Assembly: GCA_026770705.1 (NCBI GenBank)
Contig: JANJGN010000002.1
Span: 48,794,001 to 48,858,000, forward strand
Source of the DNA: Isurus oxyrinchus
Lineage: Eukaryota
Length of the DNA: 64,000 nt
Reading direction: 5' to 3'
Positions 38,581-51,960 of the stretch are shown in pieces. Each line of letters begins with the position of its first letter. Position 1 is the stretch's first letter. The translations under genes and the position numbers were made by a program. Under the pieces are notes generated by a model that saw only the letters and a program-made list of their open reading frames with translations, was not told where the DNA came from and did no database searches.

Positions 38581-39863
38581 AGTTTTGAACTTTTCCAGTC
38601 CTCGGAATAACTTTGGAAATTCATTCCTGATTATTGCTCCACTGTCACCTCTTGTTACCTCTTTGGCCTTTTGTAGAAACTAAGTCCTGCACATGCAGTC
38701 CTGCTGAGCAATTTTCTGGGCCTGTAAGATATAAAAACTTTTGTTAGATTCTTTATCTTCATGCCTAACGGTTGTAGTTAACTGACACTTCACTTTGAGC
38801 CCTGTACGCCCTTTCCCCTATAGCTTTATTTTAGATGGCTGGATTACTACTTCCTTAATCCAGTTCTGAAGTTAGTCCAATTTGCCCAATAAAATTGAGA
38901 CCCCAGCCTTGGTGTCAGTTTAAATTCTGTTCTGTATCGTTGGACTTCCAGCTCTATGGACCAGAAGTGCTTTTGGGATCTTTGATTTCTCCTAAGAATT
39001 CGTCAGGCTGAAATGCTGTATTTCCAATTTCCTGGACTTCAAAATGGTTGGAAACATGTTCTAGCTTTATTCCTTTAAATTGTGCTTTAGATCTGCAGAA
39101 TTGTTTAAAATGTCTGGTCTTGACACAGAGAAAGCAGTGCTGGGCATTTTTTGTGGTATTCCTGCTTTTGGCACTGTTATCTGGAACATTTTAAAATAGT
39201 TGGAAGGCTTATTTCCACTGCCTCAGTGGTTTTGGCGGGCTTTGTCACGGGGGCTTATAGGTGGGCAGGGCTTCTGATTTTGGGCCTACATACTGGATAG
39301 ACCCTTCCCCAGCCTCATTGCCTCTTTGAACTACACCCCAATCCTGCTTTCACAGCTCTGCCTGCCTTGTGGACTGTTCAGACTTCTCTAATGTTAAATC
39401 CCCCTTGGTTTGCCAAAAATTCTAACAATGCCTCATTGAGCATGCTAACTACAATGTGGCCATGAATTAACTCATGTTTTAAAGCTCTGTCACTGCAGCT
39501 ACTGACCTGGTGATACAAGTCGTTATTCAATTAATCAATGGATTCACCTGGCCTTTGGCTCCCTTGCTTGAATCTCACCCATTCAATGACCAGATTCTTC
39601 TTAGGGCTGAAGTAATCATTGAAGAGCCTCAAACCCTCTTTGTAGGGTGCTGAGGTCTCCTCAACTACTTGTGTTACCAAAACATCATCAGCTGTGGCCC
39701 CATTCACATATAAAGGGGTACTGACCTAGTGCGTTTGTGTCCTGTCCTATAAGACTGAAGCTGTTTGGTACCTTTCAAACTGTCACCTCCAGCGCTCCCA
39801 ATGCCGTCCTTGTTGCGGACCCTCTGTGTTTGAAGGGCTGTGAAAGGGGTAGTGGCTGTTCAT
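38581..39863 (-). pseudogene. Gypsy gag-protease pseudogene
   Basis: ATG 39863; WERWR*QFERYQTAS, RFKQGSQRPGESID*LNNDLY, LKHELIHGHIVV, DLTLEK; CX2CX4HX4C knuckle CFLCVKTRHFKQFC (39095-39136); frameshifted FKL/DTKAGVSIL protease site (~38891-38925); LLSRTAC; EFPKLFRGL. Confidence 0.9.
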
Positions 39864-39997
39864 GGCTGATGACATCATTAGTGGTTCATTCACTGCACCT
39901 TAGCAATATACATCCTATTTTTGTTGTTCTTTGCAAAGCTAAGCTATTCCTAGGTTGTGAGTTACCAATCCGTGGTCTCAGTTTTCTTAAACTCCAG

Positions 39998-40015
39998 CTT
40001 CCAACACTGCCACCA
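39998..40015 (-). other. Primer-binding site complementary to tRNA-Leu 3' end
   Basis: Minus strand TGGTGGCAGTGTTGGAAG directly after LTR ..CA; vertebrate tRNA-Leu(AAG/TAG) ends ..CCCACCRCUGCCACCA. Confidence 0.8.
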
Positions 40016-40283
40016 TGGGTTGGCTTGTTGCCCTTTATTTGTATGGTTTTCTGGCTCACTCTAGGAGTGACTTGGATATGGTCATTATTTAGATTTTCTC
40101 AATATTATTTATTTAGAACTATTTACATACAACACCTCAGAGTAATTACATTGTTCTCTGGACACAGACTGTTCTGTGTCTTGCTCCCTTGGACTCTGTT
40201 GGTAATTTGACCCTGATGTCATTGCTTACATCATCATTAACATCATTGTCTAATTAATATAAGCATTAAACCTTTACTGTACA
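40016..40283 (-). repeat. 5' LTR of Gypsy element
   Basis: Direct repeat of 36994-37267 (tctaggagtgacttgga, tatttatttagaac, ttctgtgtcttgctcccttgga, taacatcattg.ctaattaatataa); TGTACA start on minus strand. Confidence 0.9.
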
Positions 40284-40421
40284 AAAATCTACCTCATTGA
40301 CCAAGCTTTTGGTCATCTACCCTAAAATATCTTTGTGTGCCTCGATGACTGATTATGCTCCTGTGAAGCACTTTGGTGTGATTTTGCTATGTTAAGGGTT
40401 GTTTATAAATGCAAGTTGTTG
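40284..40421 (+). mobile_element. L2 LINE 3' end, right half
   Basis: ctacctcattgaccaagcttttggtcatc...gctcctgtgaagcac...tataaatgcaagttgttg continues exactly where 36849 stops. Confidence 0.88.
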
Positions 40422-43085
40422 TATGTTGATGCCAGGAGCATAATTTTGTTTATCATATTTGCAAAAGAACATGTCCTATCCTTTAGTTAATTCCAGTTTC
40501 ACGTGTCAATGTTACAATTATGGAAAAGAAGTACAGTACATCATAGGGTTAAATTAATTCAGATTAATGTCTTAGCTACCAGAATCATTTATTGCAGTTG
40601 TTATGGTTCAAGAGCTGACTAAAGCAGTTGTTGAACAGTTGCTTTTCACTCTAGAGCTTTCCCACTCTCTTTAATTTGTTAAAATCATCAAGAGCTGCCT
40701 GTTTGTGGTTTTCCTCATAAATTCTGTACATCCTCTTGTTAGCAAAGTGTTGTGTACACTAAATACAAAAGCGCCTTGTGTCTTGGGCATAAATTACCTC
40801 TGTGCGTTACTGTCTCTGAATGGGCTCCCCAGTTATGGATTACTTTGTTCTAGACTTGACAGGAACATAATTAGAGCTGTTGATGAAATCTACAAAATTG
40901 TTCCTCAGTGGCTTCAATGGTTCAGAAATTCAGCACAGCTATATTTGTCAGCACCAAAGGGCTCTAAACAATTTATATTAACTATATTATTATGTACAAG
41001 TCATTATTCTTGGCTAATATTCTTTGCATTTTCTTGCTAGTGCACTTGATCTATTTGTTCACATGTAGTTTTTCAGTTTGTAATTTTTATCATGTAGACG
41101 AGGGCTAACGCAGGTAGATCGATAATGCTGATGGTTCATTTGTCTAAGTGATGCATTTTCTTTGGCTATCTCTCAGGCATGCATTCTTGTTTTCTTTTGT
41201 TTCAGTCATTATAGAATTAGCATTTTTTCTTTAGCAGATAAGTATTTCCCTGATCAAGACCACTTTGAATTCATACAGTCACAATAGCAGCCACAGTGTA
41301 ATAGGAAACCATTTCCCACTTTTCAAAAAACAAATAATACTTAGGCCTTTCATAACTGAATTTCTCCTCAGCAGCACATGGTCTTTATTGTATAATTTGG
41401 AACATTTGTTATGGAAAACTTAAAATATGTAAAACAAGAATAAATCATATAAAATACCATCCAACATATTGATTGCTAATTTTGTGTGGCCATGAATGCT
41501 GGTTTCTGAAATATTGTGATTTACTTACATTATCCAGTGGGTGCCAGGGGCATATTACTTGTGCCCGGTTTAACTATTGAAGCTTTTTTTGGTAGTTATT
41601 AATTCTTATACACATTGAATGATTGCCTTTTTGGAGGGGGAGGGTTAAGAAGCTCTGGTATGTTTTATTAATTTGTTCCACTGTGAGAGAGCCTAAAACG
41701 GCCTACACTGAAACATGCAGAGGACAGCTGAGCAGCTGATCAAAAACTTTGAAGGTCCAGGCAGAATTTATTATGTAGGAGAGAAAGCGATTATTGTTTG
41801 TCTGGTCTTGCATTTGAAAGGGCTTCAGTGCATAACTGACTGCTTTCTAAAGGATGCACGTCGCCCAAACTACCATAGTTATCATGTAATGTATAAACTA
41901 AACAAAAATGAAATCAAGAATTTTAAGTGGTACATTCTCAAAGACACCTGCTAGACTGTTTTCCATGTAATGATGAATATCCCTTGGACATTTAACTGTT
42001 ATCTGTAAATGAAGTAAATTGGCATTGCCAGTAATTCAAAGTTGGCCGGTTAATTTTGTTTAGTACTGTATGTAGCCTTAATGCAATATTGTAATCATTG
42101 GTTGATCCATTTTAGTCTTAAAGAACTTCAGAATTCCCCATTATTTTCTGCAGGGGCTGTTGAACTGATTGTGACCTGATTCATCCAGAAAGGATTAAAG
42201 GTGCAATAGTACAGCAAATGATCTAGCTCAATAGCATACAATATCCTGGCAAACATCTGTACCTGATATTGATATTCAATATATTGTTTTTCCTTGTAAT
42301 AGAAATGGATGTGGGCCAAGTGTTATTTTAGATCTTCAATTCACTGACAAACATAACATTTCTTAATTTTTTTATTTAAAACAAAACTGCATTTGTGGTC
42401 CCTTCATTTCAGCTGAAAAAAACGCTAACCTTGTCATATTGAGTGCGATGGTGCAGAAATGATAACTGTATGTTTTAGAAAGACATCTTATTTAAATCCT
42501 GAATACAGGCATGCCTCACATTCATTGCTCCTGAAGAATTGCATATGGATTAGGAGGATGAATATTCCATTATTTCAGTATATTGTGCTGATCTTCTTAT
42601 TGGGACTTTATGTTCAAAAAAACCTGCAAGAAATTCAGCCTTTCCATCTTCGACAGTAATTTTGACTGTATGTAAAGCACTTGATATTGTATTATTTGCG
42701 TGCTGGGGCATTTTATTTTGCCTAAATTTGCACTTGTTAACTTTCTTTAAAACACTACTTCAATATTTCTGGATATTAAAGATGTCAGTTATTACCAAAA
42801 GTAAATAAAAATGCATATGAGAAGGAAATGTAATATTGAACATTTCTTTAGTGCTAATCCTTATTGAGTAATCACAAAAGATGATTAAGTATTGTGTAGT
42901 TTTCACATTCCTGATTTTTATGTAGCCCTTAAGCCCATTTGTCTGTGGTTTAGAAAAAAATAGTTAATCTTATTTGCTTTTAGACTGTGTGCGTGAGCAT
43001 GGGTTGAAATATCTTTATTTGTATTTCATGCACATATGTGTTCTACATGTTTATTATGCGTTCATGATCCATAGGTTATCTTGAG

Positions 43086-43160
43086 TAGGTCTGTGACGAT
43101 TAATTGATTATAATTGATTGAAACATTTTAATCAACAAAAATTTAATCAATTAATTGACT
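43086..43160. mobile_element. hAT-like terminal fragment with subterminal palindromes
   Basis: taggtctgtgacgattaattgatta... resembles TAGGGCTG..CGATTAATCGATT ends of fish hAT elements after CpG decay; 12 bp inverted repeat attaattgatta / taatcaattaat. Confidence 0.45.
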
Positions 43161-44009
43161 TGTTATTGAGCAAGCTGGCACAGACATAGTGCAGTACTGT
43201 CTACTCATTTGATCTGGTTCTTCTGATCTTATTCTTCAAAAGAATGTTCAGATTGTTGTAATAAAGCACAAAACACAAATATTTTTTGGTCTTTTGGTTA
43301 TTAGCTGAACAAAGGGCATCAGTAATCTAAATAAACTGGGGTTTATTGTGCAGAACTAGTAATATATTACTTCTGTATGCAGTGGGGGAGAAAATAAAGT
43401 GAGTTGTGCCATTTTTCTGAGAAATCATGTAGTGAAATTTTTTATGATTATAGCAATTGACAGAGTTCGATTACCAAAATAATCAGCTGGAACTGTCTTA
43501 ATCATAAGTAATTGTGAGCCTTTAGACCAAACGAGCTGCTTTGAATGGAAATTCTTGTCACCATATATTTCTCCTATCTTATTCCTATCTTTGCTGCCAC
43601 TTCCATGGCAGCTGTGTTTGTCATTCTGCATTGGCTACCAAGAACTGAATTTTGTGGTGTTGAATGGAACCCCTTATCAATTTGTTTAAAAAGAAGATGG
43701 AGTTGCTATGAATTATAGCTACTGACCTGCCTAAGAACCAGTTGAATTTATATGGCCTGAGTAGCAGAGTCTAAATGTCATTCAAAGCTGGCATTGGAGC
43801 CTCATACCCAATATGAGAGTCCACAGGTTTATTACCACACACCTCCCAGCAGTCTCTACACTAAACTAATCTAGATTGATTAGCTTTAAAGGGCAAATAA
43901 TATCCAGATCAATCTGTTGGATATCTTTTGATGGGGTTTATAATTGAGCAAATTTTCTGAAGGCATAAAATTATGTTACGGTTCAGTTTCACAAGTAAGG
44001 TCAGCCTGT

Positions 44010-44270
44010 AGTCTCTTGCTAAAGTGGCTATTCTTAGTATGTGAGCTGGCACAGGGAATGTCAACAGGCTATTGGAACATGGGGGAAGTTGCATGCAGGC
44101 ACTTTCCATATACAGTCACTGGATATGCACTTAGGGCATTCTACCTGAGTTTTTCCCCTCCCTAGCCCAGGGATGCTAAAGCTTTGTACCTTTCCTATGA
44201 CACCTGGCTGAAACTGTGTGTCTTAGTTCCACACTGTCCAGTGCACTTGTCAACTGAACGAATTGGGGAA
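44010..44270 (-). mobile_element. Old SINE-like repeat, decayed
   Basis: Minus strand begins with a tRNA-like head (ttcagttgacaagtgcactg), then ccctgggctagggagggg...tatccagtgac; probably related to 58860-59115. Confidence 0.35.
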
Positions 44271-44943
44271 ACAACAATCTAATTCATAAAGGTAATGAAT
44301 TATTGGAAGTCTGTATATATTTGTAATGAGCTGGACTGAATTGCTTTAAGGATTATTAATGAGGTATGAAAAGGCTCACTACTACTAAGCACACTTGTAT
44401 GTGCGCCTGTGCTTGTTTCAAATAACTTTTATGTGCGTTATAAGTAAAAGATTTGGTTGAATACTTACCTCTGTGTAGGTAATGTAAACTAAATCATTGT
44501 TATTGATTTTAGTGGTGTTTGCTCGATATTAACCAGGTTAGAATCAATGTAAAATATTACTGTAGTATCCCAAGGTCCTGTGGCTAGTGGGATTTGAGAG
44601 GGACTGAACTAAGAGATAAATGTAGATGGCCTAAAAAGAGCAAAATAAATTGAAAATCCAAACAACACCCTTATTACATCCTTAAGTGTATGGTTACCTC
44701 CGCTGCCCCAAGCGCCGACTTCGCCCACCCAGAACTATGTCTTAAGTTTGAATAGTTTGACAGTTTTTTTAATTTTATTGTTTTGTTTTCTCTGTGATCC
44801 ATTTGTTTTGGGTGATACTTAACCTTTAAGCTCTTCATGTAATTTGAAAGGACAGGACAACTAGGCTGCAAACATTCAAGGCTGCTTGCTACCAGTCTCA
44901 CTCAATCATTTGCTAACAAAAGCCTTGGGCCAACAGGGGTGTA

Positions 44944-44945
<2 letters not shown>

Positions 44946-44980
<35 letters not shown>
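44946..44980. repeat. (TG)n microsatellite followed by ~200 bp polypyrimidine tract
   Basis: Direct reading. Confidence 0.95.
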
Positions 44981-44982
<2 letters not shown>

Positions 44983-45689
44983 CACACCCCCACCCCTGTG
45001 AGTATGTGCACCTCTTATTCTTTTTCTTTCTCCTCACCCACATTTTTCTTTGTCACCTTTCTTTTTTACTTTTCTCTTTGCTCGGTATCTACTTTTCTCC
45101 TTTTTTTCTATCTATTACTGCTGCTAGTTTTTTTTTCTCCCCTGCCCCTCTCTTTTCCCCCAACCCAGACCACTTCTTTGCTCCTTTCTCTTTTCTCCTC
45201 TCCTGCCTCCTCCGTGGCCCTGGGATGGAATGCCGAATGCTATTCACGTGACACTTCATCTGGTGGCATGGCCAAGAGCTGATGAAACTTGATGAAAGCA
45301 GGTGGATGCGAGCCTTGGGAATTAACGTCATAAAGACAAGTACAGTATTATTTCTTTTGTTGTTCAGGATATATTTGCAGCCAGCTGGATAGCACATGTA
45401 TTTGGCACAATTTTGAATATAAGTAAAAACTGTAATTACAGTTAAAAAGGACATGATAAATAATTTGATACAATATATGAATGAATATGTCGTTGCTTTG
45501 TTTCTACATAGCAAAATACCAAAGTATTAAATCCACATTTTTTTCTATCTGGCAATACAGGTTCTCTATTTTCTGCCAGGTTTTGCACAAATAATAATCT
45601 GTACTCTGAACTAAATTGAGAATTTGGCGAAATATACCTGTAACTTGAGGTCATATAAAACTCTGCTGCCCACATCTTAACTCGTAGCT

Positions 45690-46135
45690 AATCCCATTCC
45701 CCTATCATCACTCTGCTCACTGACCTACATTGGCTTCCAATCAAGCAACATCTTGATTTTAAAAGTCTCGCCATTGTTTTCAAATCCCTCCAAAGCCTTG
45801 CCCCTCTCTTTTTCTGTAATCTCCTCCAACCCCAGAACCTCCGAGATATATGTGCTCCTCTAATTCTGGCTTCTTGTACATTGCTAATCACAGTTGCTCC
45901 ATCATTGGTGGACATGCCTTCAGTTGCCTAGCCCCAAGTTCTGGAATTCCCCCCTACAACTCTCTGGCTCTCTACCTCAGTTTCCTCCCTTAAGATGCTT
46001 CTCAAAACTTTTGACCAAGTTTTTGTCTTCTGAGCTAATATCTCCAAATGTAGCTCAGCTGATTTATAACGTTCCTGTGAAGTGTCTTGGGATGTTTCAT
46101 TGCATCAAAGGCGCTATATAAATAGAAGTTGTTGT
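45690..46135 (+). mobile_element. L2 LINE 3' fragment
   Basis: SPIITLLTDLHWLPIKQHLDFKSLAIVFKSLQSLAP (L2 RT C-terminal LHWLP motif); tail gctatataaatagaagttgttg. Confidence 0.9.
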
Positions 46136-49100
46136 AAAAGTTATATTCTTACTGAATTAAGGAAAAGATATGAAATACCTCTCAGAAATGTTGTTAAAAC
46201 ATGCAGTGTTATTGAAAGAACAACTTGATCATTGAAAACCAATTGGACATCTGTGGTTTATGCACAGGTGCAAATATATCTGTTAAAACAAGTGGGTATT
46301 TTACCAGGGCTGGCGACAGTGGCTGCTCTTTCATCAGTGCTGCGGGTACATGTGAGTTCTGACACTATGCTGTCCAAGTTGAAGAACCCCCTGGGATTCC
46401 TACCCTCCCTCTTCCCTAATGAGAGAATCTTTTTGTGGGTACATTGGTCCTTCTGAAGATATAAGTTTTTCCTTTTAAATTTAATAGTGTAGTGTGCTGC
46501 TACTGGCACTTAAATGTTTCACATTCAGGAGTTATTTTTGATTTTTACACATGTGAAATGATGATCCCTTTAGGCAGTGAAATGACCAGCCGTGCCCATA
46601 GAATAAACTATTTTGTACTGTAGCTGGGTACTGATTATTACCAGTTCAGGATATCGTTGCAGTGTAATGAACAGTCCCGTGTTTCCCTCTGAAGTGACCT
46701 ATCTTTTCACAGTCATTTCCACACTCTGTTCCCTGCTTTGAATCCCTCTCTGTCATCAGAAAAAAAAATGATTTGAAGAATGCCCAATTTGTTCTGACAT
46801 AAAGAGATGTTTAGCTTTGTGAAAGGTGGTGGCAGTGGCGGTGGGCTATGTCTGACTGACAACTGAACAGTGTGTCTGCCGGGGCTGTTCACTTCATGTC
46901 CTTTCATATTCTCTATATGTCCTGCATGAGTGGTGTTTGATCTCTGCGGCTAAATATCAACAGACCCTTGAATTTTTGAGAAAAAAGTCCCTGGAACTTA
47001 ACACCTCGCAGTCCTACGGTATGAACTGGGAATACAGCAGGAAAACTCAGTGTGTGTGCTATACTGGTAACATGGAAAGCACCAACTTTACACTAGTTTC
47101 TAAACCTCATTTGCATAGAGAATTGGATTAAATACAGGCTGAGTTACTGTGTAGGTTTCTCTCACCCACTTTACAGTAGAAAATTAAGAGTATGTGTGAA
47201 GCAGACATTTGAAGTAGTGGGCTCTGCACAGCCTTTCAACCACAGTTTTGGAGAGTACATGGCGCATACTAGTTTTGTTTTAAGAGTGTGTTTCCTTATT
47301 TGGTGTGTGCAGAAATTCATTCCAAGCCACTCGTGAGGCTTGAAATTATTTCAATATTTTTTTTTCCGGAGGGTGAAATCTAGATGGCATTGCAGTTTAT
47401 ATGATGTAGATTGAGCATATTGAATCTAAATGAATAAGTTATGAAAATATAACTAGAAGAACCTTATTAATTCCCTTTGTGTCTTTCAATTGAAGTTGTT
47501 TGGAGCCCATTTTAACAGAAGTTAAATTTTATGTTAGTCTAATATTTTGTGGAATTAGGGGAATAAGCCATCAAAAATTGTAATAAGGAATATGTGAGCA
47601 TTTCTGTTGCGATTGTATATAAGAAGTGGGTCATGAAGCAGAGAAATGCAAAATGTACAGACTTTTCAGTGTTAGAGTAATTGAATGATAACAGCACACA
47701 AGGAGGCCATTCAGCCCACTGAGTCCATGTTGAATGTCATATGTTGTGAGTATGTTGAACCATTTAGATTTGACATAAGAATTTGGTTACTGGTGCCATT
47801 TAAAATATGTCTAAAAAGCTCTGCAATACATGAACATATTGTTGCCTCAGATTTGTCCTTTTCTTTAATGCTGCAAGACATAAAACTACTTGTATTAATG
47901 CACTAAGCAGAATGGCTAAACCAATCTAAATCATGTATTCCACAGATAGTGATTGTGTTTCTAATTGGCTTGCAGCAACATGACATTTTGAATCATCTTG
48001 TGAAATTATACAGTACCTTACAGGAAGAAGCTTCTTCAGTTTGTTTTGATGGAAGAACAATCAATTTGATAAGTGGTAACACATCTCATTGTCTCAGATT
48101 AATTATACTAATTGCTTGATGTTAGCCTTCAGAACAAGCTGAGCCTGAAGAGGAGCAAGGCTATGGCCCTTTGCATGCAGTGTGAGTGCCAGTTCCAGTT
48201 GCCTGCACACAGACTGGATACAGCATTGTTAGAATTCAGGTCTGCACCCTCGCTGTCAGTACTGGTTCTGCTGTAGTCAAGTTCCTGCTCTGAGCAGAGC
48301 AAATCTTTGCTCAGTTAAGTGAGCCTCAGTCACTGTTGCACTTTCAAAAGGCTTGGCCAACAGCCCAGGTTTGTTAGGCTTTCGAAGCTTCACCTGAATG
48401 AGATATTGACTGGGCTTTGTTACCTGAACATCTCCAAATAACACTGAAAAAAGATTTGATGATTAAATTGTCATGGAATGGCAGTGTGATTTCAAAGCTT
48501 ATAGCCTCCAGTGGGATTGTGCACCCAAGATTTTTTTTGATTGAAATTTGCTTGTGTAGGCATTGTCCTTCCAACCCTGCATTCCAAATCTTTTACATTT
48601 TTCTCAAGATTTATTTAATTTTGCTTCTTTGTCCTAAGATGTCACCATAGTGATGACTTTATTCATTGCCTAAGAGACCCTTTTTTTTATTCTAAAGTGG
48701 CGTTTGCAGCCTGACACTGTATCCTGTGAAGCGTCGCTGTGTTGATTAGCAGAAAACAATTCCCTTGTGGACGCAGTACCATTTTCCTGCCCCCTTGTAA
48801 ATTCAGAACAGCTGAGAGCCAAGCAGTAACCCTATATATCTGGAGCACCTGGCCTCTAGGATTGGGTTACTGCAACTTTATTGTGGTTTTAAAGGTCAGT
48901 GCTCAGCATGTGCTGCATTTCTTCAGAGGTGCTTATTCTTGCAGCCTGTTCCATGATAACACATTTGCTGACTGAAGTCACAACTAAATAAAAAGAATGA
49001 AGAGCATCTCGAGCATCTCACCTTCCAAAACAAGTGTGTAATAATAACTGGCTGTGCCTTTGATGCATAGTCCATGCCTTTAAATATATTGTAAGAAAGG

Positions 49101-51339
49101 TGATGTCAGATGCAATGACATTCTTTTAAACGTTACATTTGGTGTCTAACTTTATAATAGAAAGTCTGAAAAATTGTTGTATTAATGCACTAAATGCATT
49201 ATCTGCTGTTTTCAGGTATAGCTTCACACCAGGAGCATCCTTAATGGAAAACCATTCTGGCAAGCAAAAATTTCCTCTTATCAAATCATCTTTGTCAATT
49301 GAATATCAGAATGTACAGGGAATGAGTTTGTCCCTCAGCAAATGCTTCTTTAATTGTGCATTAACATCTGTTAAATGACCTGAACTGTGCCAATGTAAAT
49401 TTTGATTTTTTCTACCCTTTTGTTTACTTTTCATTTTTTCTTCTCCACACTACTCCATATTCACAGTAGTTTCATTGGGTGGCAAGGGAAGAATTTGAGA
49501 CAATTTACTACCTTATCAGCATCACTCTTCGGTGCACCTGGCAGGGCACATACCTGGGGTAATTTAAATCTAAGCTGCTTGGGATCGGATCAACTTTCAA
49601 TAGAAAGTAGAATCAGACAGGGTGTCCAACATGGACTCTTCAGTTTCTCACTGGGCAGGTTACATTAAAATGTTGCCTCTCCTTTAGGAAGGCAAAGGAA
49701 GATAACATGCTTTGGGGAGAATGAGATTAGCTTTGGATTGCTGTAAAGAAGATTTGACACAGGTGTGATGTGCCAAAAATTTTGTGTTCTGTGCTGTAAA
49801 CTTCTATGGTTGACTTATCTCACTGAACCTACATGATCTGGTTAGGAATGGCAACGCTTACCTTGTAAATAAGGCTGAGTACAGGTCAGCTGCAAGTCAT
49901 AGAAACTGAGAAATTGAACTCTGATGTGTTTGAAAGTACTTTGAGTAGGAACCTGATCTTAAGTTTGTCTTCCTAGAGTGGTGTAGGACAAAACACATAA
50001 CAAAAGTATTTCTATAAATATTTGTATATCCTATTGTTGCAGAAGTGTTGACCTATTTGATGAAACCTCTTCAGGTGGGCAAATGTGAACTCACTCTGAA
50101 TTAGGAATTCAGTGCTGTAGAATAACGCTGCGACTCTCCGCTCCCATTTGTCAGATACATCCTCCACGTCTGTTTGATTTACTCCATCTATAAGCCAGGA
50201 AATAATATATATTCCACCAGATTTTACAGCATTGTATTATATTAGAAGTGCTTCCTATCTTCTCTTGCAGTAATAGAGGATTCTACAACCAAAACTACTT
50301 AATTGATGGCTTGTTCTTGTATAGATTTAGAGGGAGGGTACATCAGATATTATCTAGAATTTTGGAGCTGGAGTAAAGAGGGAGATATAAACTATGGCAG
50401 AACTTTTATTATGGATGCTGGGGGAATACTTCCCCAACTCACCAACCATAACATCTACAACCCAGATGGAAAGAACTTGAGCGGTGTGTGACCTCTGTGT
50501 AGAAATGGATAAAAATTGAGTTCAAATAAATCTGCAAAACTGAATTTTAAAGTCAAGAAACACCTCTGAGAACCCATTGCAACTTTGAATGTACTAGTCA
50601 GTGTTATTTGACTTCAATTATTTTAAACAGAAAAGCAATAACACTGTTTTTCCTTACTTCACAATGGGCGACTTCAGAGCTTCTTCACATTGTATCAGTT
50701 GCAGTAGCCATGTTCTACTGTTGAGGTCAGTAATCATTGACAAGGCTAAAGCTCCATCAATCCACCCCAGTTATTTTGACAGTTTGTCTTTTGTGTTGTT
50801 TCTACTGTGCCCTGCCTACCTCCATCTTGTCAGTATGATTAAATTTGGCAGATGGCACTTTCTAGGCCAATAAATTAACATTGTGTTGCACTTTGATACA
50901 GTGTGTGGTGCAGGTTATAATTTAACAGTACACGCTCAGAGGTCATTTTCAGCTATGATTAGGGTGAGATTATGTAGTAGCTCCTTATTTTTACCATAGT
51001 TTTCATCTTTGAAATTAAAATTATCTCCAAAATTAAAAATCTCCAATAATATTTTTAAGTCAATTTTAAAAATGATGAAAACAGTAAAAATGAAAAAGCC
51101 AAAAAGTTTTCTATATATTCCATTAAAAAGAATATGTTATATGTATTTGAACTTGTATAAGTGTCCGGGGGAGAAATGTGTTTGGGTAGCGCTGCTTCAA
51201 TTATATCAGTGAAGAATAAAGGATGGGCTGCACAGGTAGTGAGCGGCCTGTGGTGATGTTTGCCCTGGGGAATCACTTTAAGCCTGCACAGTGCTGCTAA
51301 AGCAGCATGACACAAAGGAATTTCTCCCCATGTGTTGGC

Positions 51340-51960
51340 TTCAGCAATCCCAAACCAATTGTATGACCCTTGCCCTCTTTCCATCGCCCTGTATAATCTT
51401 CCACTTTGAATATTTATCCAATTTTTCCTTAAAAGATGCGATAGTCTGCCTCAGTCATTTCCTGTGGCAAAACATTGCATGTTGTAGCAAGTCTCGCTGC
51501 AAAGAACCCACCTAGACTTTTCCATCACTTTTTCACTGATAATTTCAAATTGTTGACCCCTTATTACTGACACCATAACCTGAGGAAATCGTCTTTTCGT
51601 ACTCTGTTAAACCATTCATAATTTTTAAAAACTGCTTTTAAATTTTCTCTTAGCCTTCTCTGCTTTAGTGGAAATAGTCATACAAACATATGAAAATGAA
51701 GGATAGGAAAAGATCCACTGGTCCATCTTATCTACCTTACACAGTTCTGATGGTCTATGTATCACGATACAGGCACCAGAGCCACCAACTGTTCTGGGAG
51801 AAGCTCAAAAATCTAGGCCAATTAGGGGCAAAGAATCTGAAAAAAAATTTTCTGACCCTTTAAGTAATCAAACAAGCCCAGGAGGTCCCATTGAACCTAA
51901 CTTATATTACAGGGTACCCACTGCCTGTACAAGTTGATTGCCATACCAGCCAGAAACAGG
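51340..51960 (-). mobile_element. Old CR1-type LINE fragments
   Basis: tatttatccaatttttccttaaaag, accattcataatttttaaaac...tctcttagccttctctgc are antisense CR1 RT/3'UTR motifs; second 3' end at catacaaacatatgaa. Confidence 0.55.

Larger units (their letters stand above)
36850..40283 (-). mobile_element. Gypsy (Ty3) LTR retrotransposon, non-autonomous, decayed
   Basis: Two LTRs, PBS, PPT, gag, CCHC knuckle and protease relic; TG..CA ends; 5 bp TSD aaaac (36845-36849) / aaaat (40284-40288). Confidence 0.92.

Noticed and set aside
38066-38727. Host-gene exon on the minus strand (ttacag acceptor at 38722-38727)
   Set aside because: Lies inside the Gypsy element; the apparent acceptor is protease-region coding relic and all frames hit stops
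39737-40210. 157 aa hydrophobic plus-strand ORF
   Set aside because: Antisense to gag start, leader and 5' LTR; no recognisable domain
41369-41385. miR-15/497-like cagcagcaca
   Set aside because: Seed-only match; no complementary arm
43098-43156. Homeodomain TAATTGATTA enhancer cluster
   Set aside because: Better explained as CpG-decayed hAT subterminal repeats
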